A stretch of DNA of 64,000 bases from an uncultured bacterium (lineage in GTDB: Bacteria > CSSED10-310 > CAZUFC01): the NCBI GenBank assembly GCA_964619725.1, contig CAZUFC010000001.1:96001-160000 (forward strand). Direction: 5' to 3'. The translations under genes were made by a program, and so were the position numbers. Each line of letters opens with the position of its first letter. Position 1 is the first letter of the stretch. The notes under the pieces were generated by a model that did no database searches, had not been told where the DNA came from, and was given only the letters and a program-made list of their open reading frames with translations. Below, piece by piece: positions 1 to 8,759 of the stretch.

Positions 1-1579
1 GAAGCCAGTCAATATGCAATTCGATGAAATCTCCCGGATATGCCTCCAGTTCATTGAGACTCCACCTGCCGATAAATTCCATTAACTCTTCCGGTATATC
101 CCTGCGCCAGACCAGATTCTCATGTTCAACCTTATCGTATGTATGAAAGGGATCGAAAACATAAAACTCACCCAATGCCTGAATGCCTGCCTGCCGGATT
201 AATCCGCTGTTTCTGCGCGTGAGGACGAGCGGGGCGGAAAAATTGCGTCGTAAAGGCATGCTTATATTTTCCAGCTCTTCTTTTTTCATAAATCGCAATT
301 CTGTCCTGAAATACTCGGATGAACGCAGGACTCTCTTGCAGTAGAAAAAAGGCATCCCTTCAGCCCAGTCTGTCCATATTTCTTTATCCTGGTTAATACT
401 GCGAAGAGCATGCAGAGCATTTTTTTCCGGAGCGTAATAGTTACGGTAGTCGGTAAGAAATTCCGGCGGTCCCGACATCATAAAAAAACCGGTTACGGAT
501 GACAGGACGACGGCTGCAGCGGCCACGGTCACGGCATTTCTGAAACCGAATATTTTGAATTTTTCGCCGAAACTTAACATCCCCTGGGGGATAAATAAAA
601 CAAATCCGATAACCCCCGGAATAATGTATTCATGTATGTCCTCTATCCCGTAAAACAGAGTCACTGTAATGCTCCAGGCGATCATCCACAGCAGTATCCA
701 ACGTCCCGGCATCTTTTTACGGAACGCAGACCACATCCCTGTCGCTGCCGTAACCACGGCGAAAAAGGGCAGACTGATGCACGTATGAGCCGCCCAGTAA
801 ATAATTCTTTCCAGGTCTAATGCAATAAATTCGCGGCTGAATCCCGATCCGGATACGTACCGAAGAAAATCTTCTATACTCTGAAGGTTCCATTGCCCCG
901 GATCGGCCATACGGCGCGACAATAATATGTCGGAAAAACGTATAGAACAGCCTGAAATAAAAAAAAGCAAATTTAATCCTGAAAAAGTGACTTTTCTTCG
1001 CCCCGCTTTGTTCCAGATTCCGTGAAAAAGAATCGGAACTAAAAATAATGATAAGTAGTGCGTCTGCAAAGCCAGTCCCGTTAAAAGCGAAGCCGCCGGA
1101 AGAAACTTTCCGGCATTATGGGCGGACCCCGAATATGAATTCAACAATAAGTATATGACTATCGTGAATAAGGCCGAATTGACCGCATAGGCTTCCGGCC
1201 TAATCGCCTGGTTGAAAAAAGTAAATGATAAAAACAGGCTCAGCGTCGCTCCAGTCGCCGCCAGGACAGACAACCTCCTGTATAAAAGACCTGTTATCGC
1301 CAGAACGACCGTTACGCATAACCCCGCGCTTACAGCCGACAGCAACGCGCTCCTGTATCCCGGCGCACCGAACGGCAAAAAATCGCATAGCTTCAAAAGA
1401 TGATTATAAACCGGCGAACCGGGAGGATGGAAAGGAAACATCTGCCGGCACGCCGCCGCGCTTTCCCCGCCATCGCCTTTCATTACGCCGGAAGGTATTC
1501 TTCCTAAAAAACTTCCGAACGTAACCAGGAAAATAAAACCGAAAAAAAATGGTGAATAATGCCGCCTGGTTATCCGCAC
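1..1579 (-). CDS. DUF2723/TMEM260-like GT-C membrane glycosyltransferase (putative protein O-mannosyltransferase), runs off the window start
   Basis: Absent from the ORF track (no stop in window). Manual translation from GTG at 1579: MRITRRHYSPFFFGFIFLVTFGSFLGRIPSGVMKGDGGESAAACRQMFPFHPPGSPVY..., matching the DUF2723 GDxGE...HPPGxPxY signature, followed by hydrophobic segments. Confidence 0.75.
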   Translation of the reverse strand, partial: MRITRRHYSPFFFGFIFLVTFGSFLGRIPSGVMKGDGGESAAACRQMFPFHPPGSPVYNHLLKLCDFLPFGAPGYRSALLSAVSAGLCVTVVLAITGLLYRRLSVLAATGATLSLFLSFTFFNQAIRPEAYAVNSALFTIVIYLLLNSYSGSAHNAGKFLPAASLLTGLALQTHYLSLFLVPILFHGIWNKAGRRKVTFSGLNLLFFISGCSIRFSDILLSRRMADPGQWNLQSIEDFLRYVSGSGFSREFIALDLERIIYWAAHTCISLPFFAVVTAATGMWSAFRKKMPGRWILLWMIAWSITVTLFYGIEDIHEYIIPGVIGFVLFIPQGMLSFGEKFKIFGFRNAVTVAAAAVVLSSVTGFFMMSGPPEFLTDYRNYYAPEKNALHALRSINQDKEIWTDWAEGMPFFYCKRVLRSSEYFRTELRFMKKEELENISMPLRRNFSAPLVLTRRNSGLIRQAGIQALGEFYVFDPFHTYDKVEHENLVWRRDIPEELMEFIGRWSLNELEAYPGDFIELHIDWL

Positions 1580-2178
1580 GTCAGCATACGTTCTTCCGTT
1601 GACAAATTATCATAAATTCGCCTTATCCAAATGAAATGCTGCTTCTCCTCTTCCCCCAGATCGAATATTATTTTCTTCGCCTTCTTCGTCTTGACCCTCT
1701 TCATCACATCCATTAAATACTTGAAATTGTCATACTCGATCCTCATCGCATATTTTAAAACAGCTCCCATCGAACAACTCTCCAGCAGTTTTCTGAAATC
1801 CTCCGCCTTGAACAATTCAAAATGCGGCAACTCCTCAACATCCGGAGGTTCAAAGTCAAATTTATACACCGGTTTCTTCTCTCCCGCATACTCAATCTCT
1901 TCCTCAGAGTAAGCATATTTATCACCCTGGGCGGTCACTTCAGCATAAACTTTTTCTTTTTCTATGTTGGCTAATTCAGCCTGCAGCGTATCCGCGTGAC
2001 GCATCTCCTCAACAGCCAACTTCTCAAATAGAGTCACGATTGATTTTCTGCTGACGAATTTAGCCGCATCAGAGAAAAACTTCTGTCCGCGTTTCTCCTC
2101 TTTAATCAAAGTCCTCATTAACTTCAACAAAACCTCTTTATCCTCCCTCCGCAACGTCATATTTTCTTCTCCTCTCAC
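1570..2178 (-). CDS. Ferritin-like/rubrerythrin family diiron protein
   Basis: Two ExxH motifs (EEMRH, EEKQH), each preceded by an E-containing helix (IKEEKRG, MRIEYDN). Confidence 0.8.
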   Translation of the reverse strand: MRGEENMTLRREDKEVLLKLMRTLIKEEKRGQKFFSDAAKFVSRKSIVTLFEKLAVEEMRHADTLQAELANIEKEKVYAEVTAQGDKYAYSEEEIEYAGEKKPVYKFDFEPPDVEELPHFELFKAEDFRKLLESCSMGAVLKYAMRIEYDNFKYLMDVMKRVKTKKAKKIIFDLGEEEKQHFIWIRRIYDNLSTEERMLTCG

Positions 2179-2292
2179 TATTGATTCAAATAGTGTTCAG
2201 TAATCGCCGTTTATAATATAAATGTCTGGGCAGAGAGATTCAAGTTTCAATCCTGACGATACCGGCTCTTGAAATATGCAACAGTAATTATC

Positions 2293-2321
2293 GGGACTGA
2301 TCAAATCGGGGTTGAACTTTT
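2293..2321 (+). repeat. Partial (left-end) copy of the TGATCAAA dispersed repeat
   Basis: GGGACTGATCAAATCGGGGTTG matches the start of the copy at 15510 (GGGACTGATCAAACCGGGGTGA). Confidence 0.6.
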
Positions 2322-2368
2322 ATAGAATATTTGACTGATGCTGCGAAAATTGTTACCTCGACACACGG

Positions 2369-4828
2369 TTATTTGATCAGTGTCTGTTTATCGCCTGCTT
2401 CCTGGCGGAAAAACATCATCATGGACAACGCCAGGATGAGAACCGTCAAGCCTGTTGCTCCAGCTGCGGGAACATCTGCCGGATCGGGGGTAGGAGAAGG
2501 GAAAACCGACAGAAAATAATGAAAGCCCATATCGACTGTACCCTGGTCTGAGACATTATCTGTTCTTGTGGTGCACTGATTAAGATAAATTCTGCGATAG
2601 TCGCTGCCGAAGCTGATATTTTCAGCCTGCGTGCTGCCTGCGTCGAGACAGGGACTGTCAAGTGGCTGTCCCGCGGCCGTCTGGCTTAAACAGCAAGCGC
2701 CGTAAGGGCCTGAAATAAAGAGAGGATCAGAACTTATGTTTCCTGTTCCGGGATAACCCTCCTCGACATCGCAGTATGAAACCTCGGCATCCGATTCATA
2801 AATGAAAAAGTCCTGGCCTGAATTGTTCCATATAATGCTGTTGGCGCAGTGCACATAACTGTCTCCATAGCAAAATACGCCGTTGATGCTGCTGCCGGTT
2901 ACAGTGCAGTTCATGACGGTTAAACTTGCAAAGAAACTCGCCGCTAATCCGTTATCCTGGTTATTCCGTATAAGACAATTCGTCACCGCAGGATTACCTC
3001 CGTACATGCTGCATAATGCCCCGCCGTGATACCCCGTTTCGTTGACGCATGACTCTATTATGCAGTTATCGATCTGAGGCGAGCTTCCGTCGCACAGGAT
3101 ACCGCAACCGAAGCCGCTGATGTAACCGTTTCTTATGGTGAATCCTTCCAGGATGGATTGGGATGTTTCTTCATTTTCGAAAAGGAATCCTCTGGTCTGG
3201 TACTGACAATCGACTACACATGCTTGAGGTCCGTTTTCCGATATGACGGCGACGCCTTTGCCGAGGAAGCTGACGTTTGTGTTGCCGGCGCCGGCGTATG
3301 TACCGTCGGCTACGAGGATGACGGCTCCCGAAATGGATGCAGCTATAGCTTCCTGGATCGTATCATAATCCTGCGGAACCCTTATTATGCCGGGGTCAGT
3401 CGTTGGAGTCGACGTAGGAACGGGCGTCATCGTCAAGGTCGGGCCGGGCGTCGGCGTCATAAAAGACGAGGGTTTATCGTGATATCCCATATCAGCAATT
3501 CCGGCGTCCGGCGTTTCGTCCGTTCGCGTCGTAAGTTGATCCAGGCATACATACCCCTCTGAAATATTAAAACATATCGTTCCTGCCGCCGCGCTGCCTG
3601 CATCCAGACATGGGCTATCCTCAAGCTGGCCGGCTGACGTCTGGCTCAAATAATAAGCTCCGTCAGGACCTTCTGTAAAAAGCGGGTCCCCGTCGATCAT
3701 GCCCGCACCCCACTGAAGCTGACATCCCAGCTCAATATAAACTCCGGACTGACCTCCCTGAACGTCGCTGTAACTTATATCCAATACCGACGGTTCGGAA
3801 TCGTAACCCAAATATAATTCAGAACCCTGACTCGCCGTATCTCCCCATAATATCCCGTTCACTATGCTCGGCGATGCCTCGAAACAATAAATACAACCGC
3901 CCCGTATCGCCGTGTTCCCGGAAAAAGTGCAATTTCTGACGGAACCCTGCGAGTCGTAAAATGATATCGCACCGCCGCCGAAATGATCCGTCGGTACATT
4001 CGCGGCATTTTCTATGAAAAGAGAGTTGTTGATGACCGGTGAAGAATCGGATGCATCGATCCCGCCGCCTCCCCTCTCAGCAGAATTCTCAAAAAATAAA
4101 CTGTTGTTTATTAATGAGTCCGAACCGGACCAGCACTCGATCGCTCCGCCATAACACCCCGTATTTCCGTGAAATATGCAATCAAAAATAAGGGCGCTCG
4201 AACCAGATAAATATATTCCTCCACCCAGCATGACCGCAGAATTCCAGTTGAAGGAACATCTCTTGATGATCGGCGATGACCCGTAACTGCATATCCCGCC
4301 GCCGTTCTGGGCCCGGTTGGTTATAAAAATGCAATTGATTATCGAAGGGGAGGCAGAATTCGTGCACATCAAACCCCCGCCGGCGCTGTACGTCGGGGAC
4401 GAAGAACCCGTATTGTTCGTGAACGCACAATTCCTTATAGTCGGTGACGTCCCTTCGCATAATATCCCGCCCCCGTATTCCGTCGAACCCGACGGCAATC
4501 CGTTGCGTATTTTGAAACCGCTCACCTCCGAATCTCCAGCCTCGCCGCCAACGAAAATGAATCCCCTCCCGCTGTGCTCGCAGTCAATAACGCAATTCTG
4601 ATAACCGTTCTCTGAAATCACCGAGATGCCCTTGCCTCCAAAATCTAAATTTCGGTTGCCGGACCCGGAAAATGTTCCGTCCGCTACCAATACCGTGTCG
4701 CCCTCATTCGCTGCATTAATCCCCGCCTGGATCGTAAGCGCCTCCGAAGGTACATGAATCACCGCACCATAAGCCGGTCCGCTAAAAAAGAATGTCACTG
4801 ACCAAATTACCTGTATTCTGAGCTTCAT
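2369..4828 (-). CDS. Exported right-handed parallel beta-helix repeat protein, two tandem modules, PT linker, C-terminal sorting signal
   Basis: Signal peptide. Two modules start ..VP...TIQ.AI.A...G..VLVADGT.SG.GN, with GGGI/NCxF repeats. C-terminus is VPAAGATG + TM helix + basic/polar tail. Confidence 0.85.
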   Translation of the reverse strand: MKLRIQVIWSVTFFFSGPAYGAVIHVPSEALTIQAGINAANEGDTVLVADGTFSGSGNRNLDFGGKGISVISENGYQNCVIDCEHSGRGFIFVGGEAGDSEVSGFKIRNGLPSGSTEYGGGILCEGTSPTIRNCAFTNNTGSSSPTYSAGGGLMCTNSASPSIINCIFITNRAQNGGGICSYGSSPIIKRCSFNWNSAVMLGGGIYLSGSSALIFDCIFHGNTGCYGGAIECWSGSDSLINNSLFFENSAERGGGGIDASDSSPVINNSLFIENAANVPTDHFGGGAISFYDSQGSVRNCTFSGNTAIRGGCIYCFEASPSIVNGILWGDTASQGSELYLGYDSEPSVLDISYSDVQGGQSGVYIELGCQLQWGAGMIDGDPLFTEGPDGAYYLSQTSAGQLEDSPCLDAGSAAAGTICFNISEGYVCLDQLTTRTDETPDAGIADMGYHDKPSSFMTPTPGPTLTMTPVPTSTPTTDPGIIRVPQDYDTIQEAIAASISGAVILVADGTYAGAGNTNVSFLGKGVAVISENGPQACVVDCQYQTRGFLFENEETSQSILEGFTIRNGYISGFGCGILCDGSSPQIDNCIIESCVNETGYHGGALCSMYGGNPAVTNCLIRNNQDNGLAASFFASLTVMNCTVTGSSINGVFCYGDSYVHCANSIIWNNSGQDFFIYESDAEVSYCDVEEGYPGTGNISSDPLFISGPYGACCLSQTAAGQPLDSPCLDAGSTQAENISFGSDYRRIYLNQCTTRTDNVSDQGTVDMGFHYFLSVFPSPTPDPADVPAAGATGLTVLILALSMMMFFRQEAGDKQTLIK

Positions 4829-5126
4829 CAGCCATCTCCTCCCTCATTCATCATAATCGAAAAACCGTCGCTACACAAAACCGTCCAACATAAGGCAATA
4901 TCGATACCGACTTATTCAAATCAGGGCATTTCAGGAGTAACCTGCTGTTTTTATTACTCTTTATAATTGATGCAACGTTCCTGATGAACTTTTTCACACT
5001 ATTCAAAACAAACCTGATGCGCATATTTTTGTGTACGAGGGTGGACTTTGGGCCCTCACGGAAACACTCCCGCGCGATAACGACATTAAACACGTCACCA
5101 TTCGTTGCCGGTGAGCGAAAATTCCC

Positions 5127-5311
5127 CTAACCCGCATTTCTCATACAAAACCTGTTACGAGCGTCCATATCCCCGCACCTTCAAGCGCTGCTCCCTGCGG
5201 CCTTGCTCAACGTAGCGCTGCTATGTTTCCGCAGTCCTTCAGTCCGCCATGCTTGAATCTGCGGGAATCTGAACGCTCTCACTACGATTTTGTATGAGAA
5301 ATCCGGGCTAA
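5127..5311. mobile_element. MITE-like element: 20-bp terminal inverted repeats, CTAA direct repeats
   Basis: CCCGCATTTCTCATACAAAA (5131-5150) vs TTTTGTATGAGAAATCCGGG (5288-5307), 19/20 complementary. CTAA at 5127-5130 and 5308-5311. No coding capacity. Confidence 0.75.
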
Positions 5312-5504
5312 ATGGACGTCAAGTTTAAACTCGATCACGACAACGAACAGCTCATTAACGTTTTTTGCTTTAAAAACAATGACCTGCTCCGCTTATCCCC
5401 TAGCCGAGGCCAGGAGGGGAGAAGCGGCACGGGCGCCGGGGGGTTGACGCGGCCGGAAAAAACGATTATTTTGCAGAATAAGTGCATTATTGCCGGAGGT
5501 GATT

Positions 5505-6731
5505 ATGAAATACTACAAAAGGGCAATTGAAGATGCGGTCATTAAAGCCGACCGTCAGTTTCCTGTTCTCTTGATTACCGGTCCGAGGCAAGTGGGTAAA
5601 ACAACGCTCGCGCATCATCTACAAAAAAGGGGGCAGAATTATGTAACTCTGGATGATCCCATTCTGCGTAATCTTGCGTTTGAAGACCCGGCTTTATTCC
5701 TGCAAAGATACAGTCCCCCAGTAATAATAGATGAGATACAATATGCGCCGAACCTGCTGCCTTATATAAAAATGAAAGTCGACGAAGAACAGAAGCCCGG
5801 AATGTTCTGGCTTACGGGATCGCAACAGTTTGTAATGATGGAAGGAATAACGGAAAGTCTGGCCGGCCGTGCGGCAATTCTGACGCTACTGGGATTTTCA
5901 AGCCGGGAAGCGGATGAGAGATCGATACGATTAAAACCCTTTTTACCGAAGCTGGAGCTCATAGAGGAGCGCGGGGCGACAGGTTCTGAAACTTCGACAG
6001 GAGAAATATTTAAAAAAATATGGATGGGCATGATGCCGGCGCTGGCGACAGGGCGGATCACGGATCATGAATTGTTTTACAGTTCATATGTTCAGACTTA
6101 CCTGGAGCGTGACGTCAGGTCATTGTCTCAAATCGGCAATGAGCATGCATTCATCCGTTTTTTGCAGTCATGCGCGGCCAGAACCGCTCAAATGCTGAAT
6201 TTACAAGATTTAGCCAGGGATATCGACATTAGCATCAACACAGTGAAATCCTGGATTTCCATATTACGAGCGAGTCATCAGATCGCCTTGCTTCAGCCTT
6301 ACCACAGCAACATCACGAAACGATTGATTAAAACACCCAAGCTTTATTTTCTTGATACAGGACTATGTTCATATCTGACGGGCTGGAATTCTTTTGAAAC
6401 GCTGGAAAAAGGAGCGATGAGAGGCGCCATATTTGAGACATTCGTATATTGTGAACTGGTAAAAAGTTGGCATAACATGCTGAAAACGCCGCCGTTGACT
6501 TATTACAGGGACAGGGACGGCAGAGAAATCGATTTTCTGTTTGAAGAAAACGGTCGTTTTTATCCTGTTGAAGCGAAACTAAGCGCATCTCCAGACAGAA
6601 AATGGACCCGGCATTTCAAGGCGCTTGAAAAATTCGACAAACCGGTAGGCGAAGGCGGCGTGGTATGTCTGTATGCTCAGCCGGTACCCCTGAAAGAAAA
6701 CATCCAATGCATCCCCGCGGGTATTCTTTAG
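5505..6731 (+). CDS. AAA family ATP-binding protein with C-terminal DUF4143 (AAA_14/DUF4143)
   Basis: Walker A GPRQVGKT, Walker B IIDEIQ, LTGS, KTPKLYFLDTGL, EIDF..VEAK. ATG at 5505 follows GGAGGT. Confidence 0.9.
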   Translation: MKYYKRAIEDAVIKADRQFPVLLITGPRQVGKTTLAHHLQKRGQNYVTLDDPILRNLAFEDPALFLQRYSPPVIIDEIQYAPNLLPYIKMKVDEEQKPGMFWLTGSQQFVMMEGITESLAGRAAILTLLGFSSREADERSIRLKPFLPKLELIEERGATGSETSTGEIFKKIWMGMMPALATGRITDHELFYSSYVQTYLERDVRSLSQIGNEHAFIRFLQSCAARTAQMLNLQDLARDIDISINTVKSWISILRASHQIALLQPYHSNITKRLIKTPKLYFLDTGLCSYLTGWNSFETLEKGAMRGAIFETFVYCELVKSWHNMLKTPPLTYYRDRDGREIDFLFEENGRFYPVEAKLSASPDRKWTRHFKALEKFDKPVGEGGVVCLYAQPVPLKENIQCIPAGIL

Positions 6732-6732
6732 C

Positions 6733-6763
6733 GAGACTGATCAAATGGTAGTTATACTTTTTG
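6733..6763 (+). repeat. Degenerate left end of the TGATCAAA repeat, followed by short ATCCGTG tandem repeats
   Basis: GAGACTGATCAAATGGTAGTTATACTTTTTG resembles GGGACTGATCAAACCGGAGTTACGCTTTTTT. ATCCGTGATG ATCCGTGAT at 6781-6799. Confidence 0.45.
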
Positions 6764-7118
6764 AGGAGTTCTCCTTTTTTATCCGTGATGATCCGTGATA
6801 TCCATGGTTGTTGCAGGCTGCAATATTGTATTCAAAATCCCGGTCATTTGATCATCGCCTTCTTAGTCTCTGTCCACAAGCGTCGATTTTCCCGAATTTT
6901 ACTTCAGTTTGCTGATTTGCTCAGTCAACGTATAAGCGATACGTCGACTTCGGCGAACAGATTGACACGACGGGTAAGAATCAATTAATGTTTTCCAAAA
7001 GCCGGCGGGCAATGAAGTTTCAGATAGACGACTCGAATGCAGGCCTGAATCGGATAAAGAAGACTAAATAACCGTCGCTGTTAAAAAATGAGTCTCATAT
7101 TTCAGGAAGGAAGAGACT

Positions 7119-7322
7119 ATGACCAGGGAACAGGAAGAGATACCTGACGTTTCAATGACAAACACAAAGAAAGAGATGCCGGCGGCCTATAAGGAGTTGG
7201 TGGAAGAAATCGGGACGGTGGAAAAGGAGCTGGAGCAGCGGGAAAAAACTGAGCTGCTAAGCCAATCCGGCTCCCTCATCCGGTCCAGTATACCGGGAAG
7301 GCGATGCTCTTATGAGCGGTGA
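7119..7322 (+). CDS. Short hypothetical coiled-coil protein, possibly a truncated remnant
   Basis: Purine-rich RBS and charged helical N-terminal part; C-terminal part looks random and overlaps the next start. Confidence 0.35.
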   Translation: MTREQEEIPDVSMTNTKKEMPAAYKELVEEIGTVEKELEQREKTELLSQSGSLIRSSIPGRRCSYER

Positions 7323-8220
7323 TCCGCCCAAAAAAAATAAGCAACCGTCAAAAGCGCTCGTAATAATCAACAGAAAAAGCAAGAACGGGAAAAAAATAGA
7401 TGCCGGTATCATTCGCTCACACTTTAAAAATAACAATATCGAGCCTCACATCGAGGATAGCGAAGAGCCTTCTCAGATACCCGGCATGATCGAGCAAAAA
7501 GCGTCGGGATTCAACATTATTGTTCTAGCGGGAGGCGACGGAACGCTTAACAGGGCATCAAGAGCTCTGGTAAAGGCCGGATTGCCGCTGGGGCTCATTC
7601 CATCGGGAACGGCCAACGACCTGGCTCGAACCCTGGGTATCCCTTCTGATGTCGAAAAAGCGTGTGAAATAATAGTGAACCGGAAAGTTCATACGATTGA
7701 TGTGGGTTCAGTGAATGATAAACTGTTTTTTAACATTGCCCATGTCGGACTCGGAACCAAAATTCTGGAAATCGCCGCTGAAAAGAAAAAAAAGTGGGGA
7801 ATTTTAAGCTACTTCTATTTTCTTTCCAAAGCGTTTGGAAAAACAAAGAAGTTCAGGTTAAAAGCTCTGTATGACGATAACGAGGAAGAACTCGATTCAA
7901 TCCAATTCTCAGTGGCCAACGGCAGATACTTCGCCCGTATTTTCCCCATCGATCAGTCTGCAAAAATAGACGATAATAAACTCCAGGCCGTCAATATTGC
8001 TCCCCACAGCTTAAAGGAACTTATTTTCAAATCTCCTTACTACTTCCTGGCCGACTACCAGAATCTGGAAAAACTGCACCGCATAGAAACGAAAAAGATA
8101 GAAATAACGACCGATAAACAACTTTCAATTGCAGCAGACGGAGAAATTATCGCCGAAACACCTGCAGAATTCAGAGTTCTGCCCAGAATAATCACTATTT
8201 TCATACCGGAAGATTATTAG
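7312..8220 (+). CDS. Diacylglycerol/lipid kinase family protein (YegS/BmrU-like)
   Basis: GGDGT, IPSGTANDLAR, NGRYF and DGE motifs. Confidence 0.9.
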   Translation: MSGDPPKKNKQPSKALVIINRKSKNGKKIDAGIIRSHFKNNNIEPHIEDSEEPSQIPGMIEQKASGFNIIVLAGGDGTLNRASRALVKAGLPLGLIPSGTANDLARTLGIPSDVEKACEIIVNRKVHTIDVGSVNDKLFFNIAHVGLGTKILEIAAEKKKKWGILSYFYFLSKAFGKTKKFRLKALYDDNEEELDSIQFSVANGRYFARIFPIDQSAKIDDNKLQAVNIAPHSLKELIFKSPYYFLADYQNLEKLHRIETKKIEITTDKQLSIAADGEIIAETPAEFRVLPRIITIFIPEDY

Positions 8221-8240
8221 AATCAATAATTTAAACAGAG

Positions 8241-8693
8241 GTGAATAAAATTATGAGAGATGAAAAAACCGTTGCATTGGATAACGTTGTAATAAACTGC
8301 CGAATTGCAGCGGATCAGTATGATACTGCCGTATCGATCCTGGAGAATAAATATTTTGTCGAAAAGTTTAAAGAATTGTCGAAGGCAAGAAAACTAGTTG
8401 CCGGGAAAGTGGAGGAGCAAATCAGGGAGATGGGTTTCCTGCCTATGGATACCGACCCTGACCGCCAGGCGCTCAGAGAACTGATAACATGGGTAAAATC
8501 TCTGACTGCCTCAGACGAACGGCTTGCTTTGCTTGAAAAATTCGAAAGCATTGAAAAAGACATACAGAAGTCGATAGAAGAGGCTTACCAAAAAGATATT
8601 CCCAAAGAATCCAGGAAGACGCTCGACGAACTGAACCGGGAAATTGAAGAAACCAGAAATTGGATGAAAAAAACAAAAGAGGGCCTGGACTGA
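8241..8693 (+). CDS. Ferritin-like four-helix bundle protein (DUF2383/PA2169-like)
   Basis: All-helical, ~150 aa, pattern L..V...C..A...Y..A...F.ELS..R...I..G..P. The real start may be the ATG at 8253. Confidence 0.55.
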   Translation: MNKIMRDEKTVALDNVVINCRIAADQYDTAVSILENKYFVEKFKELSKARKLVAGKVEEQIREMGFLPMDTDPDRQALRELITWVKSLTASDERLALLEKFESIEKDIQKSIEEAYQKDIPKESRKTLDELNREIEETRNWMKKTKEGLD

Positions 8694-8759
8694 ACAAAGA
8701 GCGTAAAAAGCCGGACAAAACCAAAAGCAGATTCAATGCGACCGCCGAACAATTCCTTT

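Noticed and set aside
4851-5093. 80-aa minus-strand ORF next to the MITE as a transposase remnant
   Set aside because: No DDE or HTH motif is recognisable; any resemblance to IS C-termini is too weak to call.
5505-6731. AAA/DUF4143 gene as part of a defence island
   Set aside because: Solitary, widespread family with no neighbouring defence genes.
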